A stretch of 38,664 nucleotides of DNA from Candidatus Falkowbacteria bacterium (GCA_037130845.1 JBAXSE010000013.1:1-38664); one strand, 5' to 3'. Shown: positions 1 through 8,958, counted from the first letter of the stretch. Numbers and translations: made by a program. Notes: a model not told the origin generated them from the sequence alone.

Positions 1-40
1 TTACCCCTTGATGCCTAAGCCCGCGTAGCGGGCAAGATAG

Positions 41-74
41 AAACCGCCGGCTTTGACGGCGGTTTTCATTTTTT
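41..74 (+). terminator. Rho-independent terminator of a gene lying upstream of the window
   Basis: 9-bp stem aaaccgccg (41-49) / cggcggttt (57-65), 7-nt loop, then T-rich tail tcatttttt. Confidence 0.5.
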
Positions 75-81
75 ACCTGGC

Positions 82-110
82 TTGACATTGTTATTAAAAT
101 GTGTTAAAAA
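82..110 (+). promoter_or_regulatory. Candidate sigma70-type promoter for the zinc-ribbon gene
   Basis: TTGACA (82-87), 17-nt spacer ending in TGT, weak -10 TAAAAA (105-110). Confidence 0.35.
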
Positions 111-164
111 AGCCATAATTATTTGAAAATTAATCAGTATTTATGCATATATGTGGAGGTTTTG

Positions 165-1553
165 ATGTTATTGCAACAGGAATATAAGCGTCTTTGCCAG
201 GTCATGACTATGACGGCGGAGCATTTTGGAGTGGACATCGTCCTACCGTCAGTCATCCCTGATGAGTGGCAGACGGAATTTGATAAGAAAAGCAAGGTGG
301 TGTTGAGCCTTGGTTCGCATCATCTGGTTATCATGAGATATCTCAATACCTTGAAGATTGAATTGGTCAGCAATGCTGCTCATAATCTTAAGGATGAATG
401 GGCGCTCAAGGTCCATGACATCGATTTTGTGACTTGGGTCTATGGCAGCTATTTTTCTGCCGATAAGGTGTTTGATTTGACCAAGACGATCGGGACGCAT
501 TATCACCCCGAGATATTTCCTGATAAACCTTGGGAATGGAAAGAGAAAGCACCAACAGAAACAAAGGCGGAAACGATCGGACAATTCCTGCATCTCGAGC
601 CGGAGGTCCCGGTGGTTCCGGATATGGTAGTTGAACCTAATTTCGGCCAGCAGCCGGTAGTTGTGGAGAAAAGGCGGAATTGTCCTCATTGCAATCATCG
701 CTTGACTGCCGAAGAAGTGGCGGATGAATGTTGCAGCAAATGCGAGGAGTATTTCTATGTTTGTCCGCGTTGTTCAGTTCTGCTAAAAGAAGACCCCGAC
801 GACCTGGAAGAGTGCCCCAAATGCCATAAGACCTATCTGCATATCGATTGCCCTAGCAATAATTGCCAAGCCGAAGTCTGGATAGATGCCAAGCACTGTC
901 CTGAGTGCAAGAAGACGTTTGAACGACAGCCTTGCCCGAGCTGTGAAAAGCCGATTATCTTTTCGGAATCACAGGAGGAGTGTCCGCATTGCGGAAATAC
1001 GCTCTATATCTGCCCGCGCTGCCATTGTTATATTGATGAAGATCCTGACGATGTTGAGGAGTGCCCCAAGTGCCATAAGACGCTAAGGATAACCGATTGT
1101 CCTGGTAATCATTGTCGTGCGGATGTTTATGCCGATGCCACGGAATGTCCGGAGTGCCATATGCCCTTTGACCTCAAGCCTTGTCCGAGCTGCGAAAAGC
1201 CGATTATCTTTTCGGAAAATCTGGATGAGTGCCCATATTGCGATACTACGCTCTATATCTGCCCATTCTGCCATGAGTATATAGATGAAGATCCTGACGA
1301 TGCCGATGAATGTCCTAAATGTAAGGCTAGTCTGCGGCAGATGGATTGTCCAAATTGCGGTGACACTATCTTTGCGGATTATAAGTCTTGCCCGGCCTGC
1401 CATACTGAATTCGATTTTATTAAGTGTCCTGTCCTGGGCTGTGAAGAGATGATTATCTTGCACCAAGATGTAGAATCTTGTCCGCATTGTGATTTTGATA
1501 TCACATATACCAAATGCCCGCATTGCGACAAAGCGTATTATGTCGTGGTTTAA
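165..1553 (+). CDS. Poly-zinc-ribbon protein: ~170-aa N-terminal domain of unknown function plus about ten CPxC...CPxC zinc-ribbon pairs
   Basis: ORF 123-1553. Preferred start is ATG165, 5 nt after GGAGG (155-159). The C-terminal ~290 aa hold at least 10 paired CxxC/CPxC knuckles spaced 10-14 aa apart. Confidence 0.75.
   Translation: MLLQQEYKRLCQVMTMTAEHFGVDIVLPSVIPDEWQTEFDKKSKVVLSLGSHHLVIMRYLNTLKIELVSNAAHNLKDEWALKVHDIDFVTWVYGSYFSADKVFDLTKTIGTHYHPEIFPDKPWEWKEKAPTETKAETIGQFLHLEPEVPVVPDMVVEPNFGQQPVVVEKRRNCPHCNHRLTAEEVADECCSKCEEYFYVCPRCSVLLKEDPDDLEECPKCHKTYLHIDCPSNNCQAEVWIDAKHCPECKKTFERQPCPSCEKPIIFSESQEECPHCGNTLYICPRCHCYIDEDPDDVEECPKCHKTLRITDCPGNHCRADVYADATECPECHMPFDLKPCPSCEKPIIFSENLDECPYCDTTLYICPFCHEYIDEDPDDADECPKCKASLRQMDCPNCGDTIFADYKSCPACHTEFDFIKCPVLGCEEMIILHQDVESCPHCDFDITYTKCPHCDKAYYVVV
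756..1502 (+). repeat. Three tandem 249-bp (83-aa) in-frame coding repeats, each encoding three zinc ribbons
   Basis: Units begin Y-[VI]-CP-[RF]-C at nt 756, 1005 and 1254. Long identical nt strings recur one period apart, e.g. gaaaagccgattatcttttcggaa and acgctctatatctgccc. Confidence 0.85.
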
Positions 1554-1762
1554 TATATATCATTCTTTTGGGATTCATATTTACCATAATTAGAAACCAT
1601 TACCATTGAGCCAATAAATAGATATTTGATGAAAATCATCATTTCGAAGCCTTGATACTAACAATATTGAGGCTTTTTATATTATTAGTGTGGGCTTGTA
1701 ATATTTTGATATTTGTGTTTTAATTGACCCACTGTACAAAAAACTAACAAAAAGGAGGCCGT

Positions 1763-2191
1763 ATGTTTGGTCGGATAGAGCCGATTGTGGAGCGTGAATA
1801 CTTGGATGAGGTAGAGCTATTGTCTGTTTGGTTTGAGAATATCAAAGTCGTCAATAATGTATTCTCGCCGGTAGCGGTGTTCTCTTCTTGGTATGCCGCA
1901 GAAAAAGTAGGGGGTAGTCTGGATTTTAAGCAGGCAGCTCTTATTGAACGCACTGGAGAAATGCTAATGAAACATCTGGACGTGGCTTGGTTGATTCAAT
2001 TTTACGCCGCCGCTCCTCGCCATCAGTCCATACTACGTGATATTATCGTCGGTCTTATCGCCGAGTTGGTAGATCGCGAAAACAACACGGGATTGTTGGA
2101 ACACTATCTCTATTATGCGCAAAGATCAAAAGCGATAATAATCCAATCGATTATTCAATACAAAATAGGTGAATTATCGCTTGCCAAGTAA
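1763..2191 (+). CDS. Hypothetical protein (142 aa)
   Basis: ATG1763 lies 4 nt after AAAGGAGG (1751-1758). Clean ORF, no motif recognised. Confidence 0.6.
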   Translation: MFGRIEPIVEREYLDEVELLSVWFENIKVVNNVFSPVAVFSSWYAAEKVGGSLDFKQAALIERTGEMLMKHLDVAWLIQFYAAAPRHQSILRDIIVGLIAELVDRENNTGLLEHYLYYAQRSKAIIIQSIIQYKIGELSLAK

Positions 2192-2300
2192 AGCCCAAGG
2201 TGCAATACCGCGGGCTTTTTATGTACTTTGTTTGCCAAATACAAAAGGGCTAAAATAAAGGATATTTTAGTATATAGCCTGTGGCGAGTCTCTCAAACCA

Positions 2301-2329
2301 TTGACAGAAATGCCAAAGTATGCTATACT
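2301..2329 (+). promoter_or_regulatory. Sigma70-type promoter
   Basis: TTGACA (2301-2306), 17-nt spacer, TATACT (2324-2329), about 50 nt upstream of ATG2381. Confidence 0.55.
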
Positions 2330-2380
2330 GTAAACAATCAAAAAAGTTCATTATATTATCAATAAATTTGGAGCAGCCTA

Positions 2381-2686
2381 ATGTCAGTAAATACATACGA
2401 ATTCGCCACGGAACAGCGCTACATGTTCGGTTTTAATTACAACGGCGGAGCGCCGACAGACGTTATAGTCGAAACGCCGTCGTTGATAAATGACACACAG
2501 ATACTTTTCCATTTCTTGCATGGCCATCATTCACTGGGTGAATTTATCAACAAAAGCGATATTATCGCCGTCGGCGATGATAAGAATGGCACAGTAGGAG
2601 TCAAGGGCTGGTCCGGTAAATATGTCATTTTGAACGAGAAATTGTTTAATCAGTACAAAAAGACCGGTGCTCTGGAATTGAAATAA
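2381..2686 (+). CDS. Hypothetical small protein (101 aa)
   Basis: ORF bracketed by its own promoter (2301-2329) and terminator (2692-2724). No motif recognised. Confidence 0.6.
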   Translation: MSVNTYEFATEQRYMFGFNYNGGAPTDVIVETPSLINDTQILFHFLHGHHSLGEFINKSDIIAVGDDKNGTVGVKGWSGKYVILNEKLFNQYKKTGALELK

Positions 2687-2691
2687 GTTTA

Positions 2692-2724
2692 ATAGCCGTG
2701 TGAATGATCACCGGCTATTTTTTG
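2692..2724 (+). terminator. Rho-independent terminator
   Basis: Stem atagccgtg / caccggctat with one bulge, followed by ttttttg. Confidence 0.55.
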
Positions 2725-2764
2725 TTGTAAAATGGCTAAGATATAGGCTATTCTTGCCGTAAGC

Positions 2765-2793
2765 TTGACAAATATGGTAATCTGTGATATAAT
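2765..2793 (+). promoter_or_regulatory. Sigma70-type promoter with extended -10
   Basis: TTGACA (2765-2770), 17-nt spacer ending TGa, TATAAT (2788-2793). Confidence 0.6.
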
Positions 2794-2838
2794 GTAGACA
2801 ATTAAAATTAATTATTGTTAATCTATTGTGGAGTTATC

Positions 2839-3402
2839 GTGAAGTTTTTTATCGTTCTTTTCGCCCTCATATTTGCTACCGTTGCTTATTCGTTTGAAAA
2901 TCAGATCGAAATCGAAAATGCCAGTTGGCCGAAGGTTTCGTCTGTGAATAGCATCAAGCTGGATGTCCTGACTCAGATCCCTGAACAGGGCCATGACTCG
3001 GTTAATATCTACGCTCATGTCGAGATAGAACAGGAAGGGGATTCGGTTAACGGCCGCAGCTTTGTCGGTCTGATCTATAGCTCATTCATGACTATTAATC
3101 TCGGGGTCGGCCTGTGGCAGCACGAACCTTCGCCTGGCGCTAATCTGGGCATCGGGTATAAGTCCGAGCATCATGAATTGGATTTCCAAGTGGATGTGTG
3201 CACGCATCTTAAGCTGAGAGGCTTCTATAACTACAAGGCCGCCGATTGGCTCAAGCTTGGTCTCTACGGCCGCAGTGAATTGGGCATAGGTCCCAGGGCT
3301 ATTATCAGAGCAAGCGAAAGCATTAGTTTAGGTCTTGCCTACAGCTACAATCCGGAAAAAAGCCATGGCTTAGCCTTGGCGCAACTAATTATAAAGTTCT
3401 AA
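2839..3402 (+). CDS. Secreted small beta-strand-rich protein, possibly an OMP-like 8-stranded barrel (hypothetical)
   Basis: GTG2839 lies 5 nt after TGGAG. Signal-like N-terminus KFFIVLFALIFATVAYS. Amphipathic Gly/aromatic strands (LGIGYKS, LRGFYNYKA, ISLGLAYSY). C-terminus ends ...LIIKF. Confidence 0.5.
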   Translation: MKFFIVLFALIFATVAYSFENQIEIENASWPKVSSVNSIKLDVLTQIPEQGHDSVNIYAHVEIEQEGDSVNGRSFVGLIYSSFMTINLGVGLWQHEPSPGANLGIGYKSEHHELDFQVDVCTHLKLRGFYNYKAADWLKLGLYGRSELGIGPRAIIRASESISLGLAYSYNPEKSHGLALAQLIIKF

Positions 3403-3451
3403 TCTACGAGCCCTCTGACGCAAGTCGGAGGGCTTTTCCGTTTGTTGTTTG

Positions 3452-3481
3452 TAAATTAAAACCCCCTTCATCGGAAGGGGG
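3452..3481 (-). terminator. Rho-independent terminator of the histidine kinase gene
   Basis: 8-bp stem cccccttc (3462-3469) / gaaggggg (3474-3481), 4-nt loop. On the minus strand it is followed by ttttaattta. Confidence 0.65.
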
Positions 3482-3488
3482 TTCGTGT

Positions 3489-6386
3489 TTAGTAATACTT
3501 TTTTAACAGGCTTTCAAGTATCCGCCAGTCGATTGGCTTTTGGATATAGTCGTTACTGCCGGCTTCCAGCGCTTTTTCTTTGTCGCCTGATAAGGCGTGC
3601 GCTGTTTGTGTTATTATTATTACCTCGTGGCTGATAGATCGGATTTGTCTTATGGCGGAATAGCCGTCGAGTTTGGGCAGTTTAATATCCATTAGAATCA
3701 AGTTAATATCTTGATTTGCTTGGAAGATTTCGACAGCCTCTTTGCCATCGAATGCAAATATTATATTTGCATTCGGAATGAACTTGTTTATCGCTTTTTC
3801 TAGCAGTTTTTTTGATGCTTTGTCGTCTTCGGCGATTAGTACTAATAATTTGGAATTTATTAAATCGGACGAAGCTGATGCTTGAAGATTTGATTTTGCT
3901 TCTTTGGTGTCTGGCTTTGGGATAAATGGGATGGTGAAATAAAAAGTTGACCCTTTGTCAATCTCGCTTTCAACCCATATTTCTCCTCCTAACATCTTTA
4001 CATATGCTTGGCATATTGATAGCCCGAGTCCCGTTCCTTGCGTTGCTCTAGAATTATCCACTTGAATAAATCGATCAAAAATGGCCGTTATCATATCTTC
4101 GGGAATGCCTATTCCGCTGTCCTTGATGAAGAATTCAAGGTATTCTGATTTATTTTCGGCGTCAATTTTTTTTGCGCATCCAAACTCAATTAGGCCTTCA
4201 TCGCAGTTCTTGATAGCATTTTTTATCAAGTTTAACAGTATGGCTCGTACTTTTTCTTTGTCGGTGATAACGAGATTATCTCCATCGGCAAGCGGCTTCT
4301 TGAATATAAATCCGATATTTTTTTCTTTTGCCTCAAGCTTTAACAAGTCATAGACAAAGCCGAATTGCTCATTAACTGAGGTGACGGTTTGGTTGACATT
4401 CATTTGTCCGGCCTCGATCTTAGACAGATCGACAACGTCGTTAATGATGTCTAGCAGGTGGTTGCCGCAGTTTTTTATTATATTCAAGTATTCTCGATCT
4501 TCTGTACATGTTATATTGTCCAGCAGCAAGTTCGAAAACCCTAGAATGCCGTTCATAGGCGTTCTTATTTCGTGGCTGATATTTGCCAGAAAGGCTGACT
4601 TGAGTCGGTCGCTTTCTTGCGCTTTGTTCATGGCCTTGACCAAGTCTTCTCTCATGTGAATTTGCTCTGTAACATCAATTAGAATGCCTTGAAGGACTGG
4701 GCTCTCATGCTCTGTGTTTAAGAGACGGCTGTATACGGTAGCCGAGATAATTGTGCCATCCTTGGTTCTAAACCGATAAGTGTTATTGCCGGTCAGCACT
4801 CCTTGGATGGAATCGCTTAGATTCTTTCGGCCCCTTTCTCTGTCTTCTTCGACTATCAGATTGAAGATATTCATGCCTTGGCCGATTTCTTTTTCGGTGT
4901 AGCCGAAGACTTCAAACGATTGCTTGTTGAGCAGCGTAGCATTGCCCAGACTGTCAATCTGGAAGACTACTTCCGGCATCATTTCCAGGATGTTGCTCAT
5001 TTTTTGCTGGCTGTCTTCAAGCGCTTTTTCGATTTGTTTGCGTTGCAACGACCCTCCGATCGCGATGCTGATGCCTTCCATAAAATTAATAAACTCAAGA
5101 GTGAACTGGTTTTTTCGCAAGTCGTTTAGCTGCAATAGTCCGATTATTTCTTTGTTTATTTTGAGCGGTATCAGGGCAACCGATAAATATCCTTCGTGGA
5201 TACAACGATTGCGCGGGTTGTGCCTAGGGTCTTGTTCCGGAGAGAGGCTGAGTAAATCTAGCAAATTATTGATCCATGCGCTGCCATAATTGGTAAATAG
5301 TTGGTTATTGCTGTCTGTTTTGCCAGAAACAACTAATCCGCAAGTGCATTCGAGGCTAATTTCTCCTTGTTCGTTGTGGCAAAAAGCTTGATTTTTGCTG
5401 ATGAGCGATCTTTCTGCTATGAGAAATTTATTGTCAAAGCCTTTGCTGGCGTAATAAGGGAAGTCGTGTTCTTGTTTAAGTCTTATGCCGACAGCGCTTA
5501 TGTTTAATCTCCTTTTGATAATGCTTATAATCTTGTCGATAGTTTCTTCTAGTGAATATGTTTCATTAAGGATTTTGAGTATCTCGATAAACATTTCTTG
5601 ATTGCTTTCGTGCTTTTTCCTTTTTGTAACATCTTTGCTGATACCGCGGTAGCCTAATAATTCGCCATTTTTGTCCTGTATGGGATAGCCATTAGTCAAG
5701 AAACAGACGGGCTGTCCATTCTTATGAAGATTCCAATTCTCTAAATCAACTATGGCTTTTTTTTCTGCTGCGATGTTGTTTAGCACTTCTTTGATGCGAG
5801 CCTGTTCATTCTCCGGCATCAGATCATAGAGCGTGATGCCAATAATCTCGTTAGGTGAATACCCTAATGTATCTTCTATTTGTTTTGAACAGTAAGTGTA
5901 TTCCGAGTTTGAGTTTATCTCCCAGGCTATATTGGATGAACTAAGGACGATGTCCTTAAACCGTTGCTTGCTTTCTTGCAGCTCAAGCTGCCTCCTTATT
6001 TCCGATGTCATATCCCGAGATACAATTTGAACAAATTCGATTGCATTGCCGTTATAAATCGGTGACATAGTTGAACTGACCCACGCAATTGTGGTGTCTC
6101 CTGAGTTGATTGGCCTGTAGTTGGCTTTTGTAACAATGCCTTCTAGGCATTTGTTGAAGATTTCTCGCATATGGCCGGCAGTATCTACTTGGAAAAACGG
6201 CAACTCATAAAAGAGCTTGCCAATCAAGCTATTTTCGCCGTTTTCTTGCGTAATGGCTATTGCTTTTGAATTACAGGTAATAATTATCTCATTTCTATCG
6301 ATAATAAATATGGCGTCAGAGCTATTGAGAAAGTAATTTTGATACAGTTTGCTTAGCTCGGCTTCTCCCGGTGAGTCGTTTTTCAT
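3489..6386 (-). CDS. Hybrid sensor histidine kinase (multiple PAS, GAF-like, HisKA, HATPase_c, C-terminal receiver)
   Basis: 965-aa ORF. H-box FLANISHEIRTPMNGILGF; ATPase motifs IKDSGIGIP and GTGLGLSI; receiver LVLIAEDD...LILMDIKLPKLDG...TAHA. The N-terminal 580 aa contain repeated PAS-like segments around a GAF-like block. Confidence 0.9.
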   Translation of the reverse strand: MKNDSPGEAELSKLYQNYFLNSSDAIFIIDRNEIIITCNSKAIAITQENGENSLIGKLFYELPFFQVDTAGHMREIFNKCLEGIVTKANYRPINSGDTTIAWVSSTMSPIYNGNAIEFVQIVSRDMTSEIRRQLELQESKQRFKDIVLSSSNIAWEINSNSEYTYCSKQIEDTLGYSPNEIIGITLYDLMPENEQARIKEVLNNIAAEKKAIVDLENWNLHKNGQPVCFLTNGYPIQDKNGELLGYRGISKDVTKRKKHESNQEMFIEILKILNETYSLEETIDKIISIIKRRLNISAVGIRLKQEHDFPYYASKGFDNKFLIAERSLISKNQAFCHNEQGEISLECTCGLVVSGKTDSNNQLFTNYGSAWINNLLDLLSLSPEQDPRHNPRNRCIHEGYLSVALIPLKINKEIIGLLQLNDLRKNQFTLEFINFMEGISIAIGGSLQRKQIEKALEDSQQKMSNILEMMPEVVFQIDSLGNATLLNKQSFEVFGYTEKEIGQGMNIFNLIVEEDRERGRKNLSDSIQGVLTGNNTYRFRTKDGTIISATVYSRLLNTEHESPVLQGILIDVTEQIHMREDLVKAMNKAQESDRLKSAFLANISHEIRTPMNGILGFSNLLLDNITCTEDREYLNIIKNCGNHLLDIINDVVDLSKIEAGQMNVNQTVTSVNEQFGFVYDLLKLEAKEKNIGFIFKKPLADGDNLVITDKEKVRAILLNLIKNAIKNCDEGLIEFGCAKKIDAENKSEYLEFFIKDSGIGIPEDMITAIFDRFIQVDNSRATQGTGLGLSICQAYVKMLGGEIWVESEIDKGSTFYFTIPFIPKPDTKEAKSNLQASASSDLINSKLLVLIAEDDKASKKLLEKAINKFIPNANIIFAFDGKEAVEIFQANQDINLILMDIKLPKLDGYSAIRQIRSISHEVIIITQTAHALSGDKEKALEAGSNDYIQKPIDWRILESLLKKYY

Positions 6387-6647
6387 GGTTATACCTTCTG
6401 GTAAATATATTTAAATTGTTAATGAACTTTCTAAAGGTAATTATTTAAGCATTATTGTGGCTGTTTGTCAATTTTCGTCAGTATACGGCTTATAATGCTA
6501 TGTAAACATTTTGCGCGTATTTTCGTAAATCGGGAGAAGCTTGGGATTTACATGTTGAGCAAATTAATTGCGTTATTTTTAATTGCAAAATTGCATTATT
6601 TGTTGATTCGTTAGATACTGATGTTAGGATAATTAATAAAAATTTAT

Positions 6648-7784
6648 ATGGCAGACGTCTATCAAGAGTCTTTGGCCTTGCACCAGGCTCATCGCGGCAA
6701 ATTTGAAATCAAAAGCAAAGTGCCATTAGCCGATAAGCATGACTTGTCTTTGGCCTATACGCCCGGCGTGGCTGAAGTCTGCCGGGTGATTGCAGCGGAC
6801 AAATCCAGGGTGATGGACCTGACACTCAAGGGGAATACAGTGGCCGTAGTGTCCGATGGCAGCGCGATTTTGGGCTTGGGCAACCTGGGCCCGGAGGCGG
6901 CCATCCCGGTAATGGAAGGCAAGTGCCTATTGTTCAAGGAGTTTGCCGGGGTTGACGCCTTCCCCATCTGTCTGGCCACGCAAGACACAGAAGAGATTAT
7001 TAAAGCGGTCAAGCTGATTGCCCCAGTCTTCGGCGGCATCAATCTGGAAGATATTTCCGCTCCGCGCTGTTTCGAAATCGAAGAACGGCTTAAGGCCGAA
7101 TTGGATATTCCGGTGATGCACGACGATCAGCATGGTACAGCCACGGTGGTTCTGGCCGCGCTGATCAACGCTCTCAAATTGAGCGGACTAGACAAGGACA
7201 CGGCGCGCTTGGTTGTCAATGGCGCTGGCGCGGCCGGCACAGCGGTGTCGGATCTGCTGATTAAATATGGTTTTAAGAATATTATCATCTGTGATAGCAC
7301 GGGCGCAATCTATGCGGGCCGTCCTGACTTGAGCGAAGTCAAAAAGAAGTTGGCCAGCCAGACTAATCCTGAACAAATCAAAGGCTCTCTGGCCGAGGCG
7401 ATCGTAGGCGCTGATATCTTTATCGGAGTTAGCGCGCCTGGCGTACTGACGGCGGAGATGGTCAAGACGATGGGCGCCAAGCCGATTATCTTTGGTTTGG
7501 CTAATCCTGTGCCCGAGATTATGCCCGAGCTGGCCTTGGCGGCGGGCGCCTTTATCGTGGCTAGCGGCCGCAGCGATTATCCCAATCAGATTAATAATGT
7601 CCTGGCATTCCCTGGCATCTTCCGCGGGGCCTTGGACAATGAGGTCAAGCAGATTACCGACGAGATGCTGATTCGCGCGGCCGAAAATCTGGCCGGCCTG
7701 GTAGCCGACCCGAGACCGGACGAAGTCTTGCCTAATGCATTTAATAAGGATGTGGCAAAAGTTGTGGCAGCAGCTATTTTTTAA
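6648..7784 (+). CDS. NAD(P)-dependent malic enzyme (short ~380-aa type)
   Basis: Motifs LAYTPGVA, DGSAILGLGNLGP, PVMEGK, FGGINLEDI, HDDQHGTA, Rossmann NGAGAAG, LANPVPEI, NNVLAFPG. Confidence 0.9.
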   Translation: MADVYQESLALHQAHRGKFEIKSKVPLADKHDLSLAYTPGVAEVCRVIAADKSRVMDLTLKGNTVAVVSDGSAILGLGNLGPEAAIPVMEGKCLLFKEFAGVDAFPICLATQDTEEIIKAVKLIAPVFGGINLEDISAPRCFEIEERLKAELDIPVMHDDQHGTATVVLAALINALKLSGLDKDTARLVVNGAGAAGTAVSDLLIKYGFKNIIICDSTGAIYAGRPDLSEVKKKLASQTNPEQIKGSLAEAIVGADIFIGVSAPGVLTAEMVKTMGAKPIIFGLANPVPEIMPELALAAGAFIVASGRSDYPNQINNVLAFPGIFRGALDNEVKQITDEMLIRAAENLAGLVADPRPDEVLPNAFNKDVAKVVAAAIF

Positions 7785-7870
7785 CTGCGCCTATATTTTT
7801 GTTTTCCGGCATGTTATAATATTTGCACAAGAGGCGTCGGTTAAGCGCTTGTGTTATTGTAAAGATTTAT

Positions 7871-8953
7871 ATGCCTAAGTGCGGAAAAATTAAGTCCGGA
7901 TTTACTTTAATTGAGCTGTTGGTTGTTATTGTGATTATTGGAGTGTTGGCCAGCTTGACAATGCTGGCCTTGAATAACGCTCGAGCCAAGAGTAGGGATG
8001 CTAAGCGGGTTAATGATATTCGGCAGATTAGCACTGCTGTTGAATTGTATTATGCTGAATACGGTATTTATCCTAGTTCTATTGCTAATGCTATTATTAG
8101 CGCTGATGGCACTAAAACATATATGGCCAAGACGCCGACTAATCCCAGTCCGATGAACGATGGCAGTTGCGGCGCTGACAATTACACTTATGCTACCACC
8201 TCGGATGCTACCGATTATTCATTGAACTTTTGTTTGGCTTATGGCGCAGGCGCTTTGTCGCCCGGCATTGGTTCGGTGAGCAAAGGCGGTTTTGATACCG
8301 CTCCCGGATTGATCGGCTGGTGGAAATTTTCTGACGGCAATAGTCCGGTAATTGATAGCAGCGGTAAAAGCAATAGCGGCTCGAATAATGGAGCAACTTG
8401 GGGCGCTGACAGCGGCCAATATGGCGGAGGGGCCTACACCTTCGATGGCGTTAATGATGCCATAGCTACTAATTCAAACATCTTGAATAACGCGACCGAA
8501 TTTACAATCGCTTTTTGGACCAAGCCATTGAGTTTTGGCGGTTGGAAAGGAATGATCGGCAAAGGTACGAGCGATACTAATGTTATAACGGTGCAGGCGG
8601 ATACGGGCGGGCGCATCTATGTCGACGTTGACAACGGTGTGTCAAATTCTTTTGCCAATACTGGCTTGGGTGTTTTGTCAGTCGGCCAGTGGGCGCACGT
8701 GGCGGCCGTTTATCAGGGTAGCGGCGCTACTAATGCTGATCGGGTAAAAGTCTATGTTAATGGCGCTAACTTGGCATTAACTTTTAGCGGAACGATCCCA
8801 ACGCAAACAGCTACATCCAACGCCGGCATTCTCTATATTGGTCAGCTCGGTTATGCCAGCAATTTCTATAATGGAATTATGGATGATGTGCGTATTTACA
8901 GCCGCAGTTTATTGCCCGAAGAGATAAGCGCGTTGTATAATTTTTCTAAATAA
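7871..8953 (+). CDS. Prepilin-type (type IV pilin-like) protein fused to a LamG/concanavalin-A-like lectin domain
   Basis: Start ATG7871 gives MPKCGKIKSG|FTLIELLVVIVIIGVLA, the class III signal/N-methylation motif. The C-terminal ~200 aa resemble Laminin_G_3 (WWKF..G....DSSG..N.G...GA.W, FDG.ND, FT...W.KP, DDVRIYSR.L...EI). Confidence 0.8.
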   Translation: MPKCGKIKSGFTLIELLVVIVIIGVLASLTMLALNNARAKSRDAKRVNDIRQISTAVELYYAEYGIYPSSIANAIISADGTKTYMAKTPTNPSPMNDGSCGADNYTYATTSDATDYSLNFCLAYGAGALSPGIGSVSKGGFDTAPGLIGWWKFSDGNSPVIDSSGKSNSGSNNGATWGADSGQYGGGAYTFDGVNDAIATNSNILNNATEFTIAFWTKPLSFGGWKGMIGKGTSDTNVITVQADTGGRIYVDVDNGVSNSFANTGLGVLSVGQWAHVAAVYQGSGATNADRVKVYVNGANLALTFSGTIPTQTATSNAGILYIGQLGYASNFYNGIMDDVRIYSRSLLPEEISALYNFSK

Positions 8954-8958
8954 AGTTT

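Noticed and set aside
41-54. The 14-mer aaaccgccggcttt occurs at both ends of the window (41-54 and 38626-38639)
   Set aside because: Both copies sit in GC-rich terminator-like hairpins. The match is short and the flanks diverge immediately. This is insufficient to claim terminal repeats, circularity or a mobile-element boundary.
249-1523. Minus-strand ORFs 249-698 and 1083-1523 and the +2 frame ORF 886-1086 within the zinc-ribbon gene
   Set aside because: The plus-frame product has a regular CPxC periodicity that can only be read in that frame. The alternatives are by-products of the repeat and of codon bias.
4081-5289. Several 83-121-aa plus-strand ORFs inside the histidine kinase gene
   Set aside because: They are antisense to a 965-aa ORF with complete PAS/GAF/HisKA/HATPase/REC architecture. 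They are hydrophobic, low-complexity shadow ORFs.
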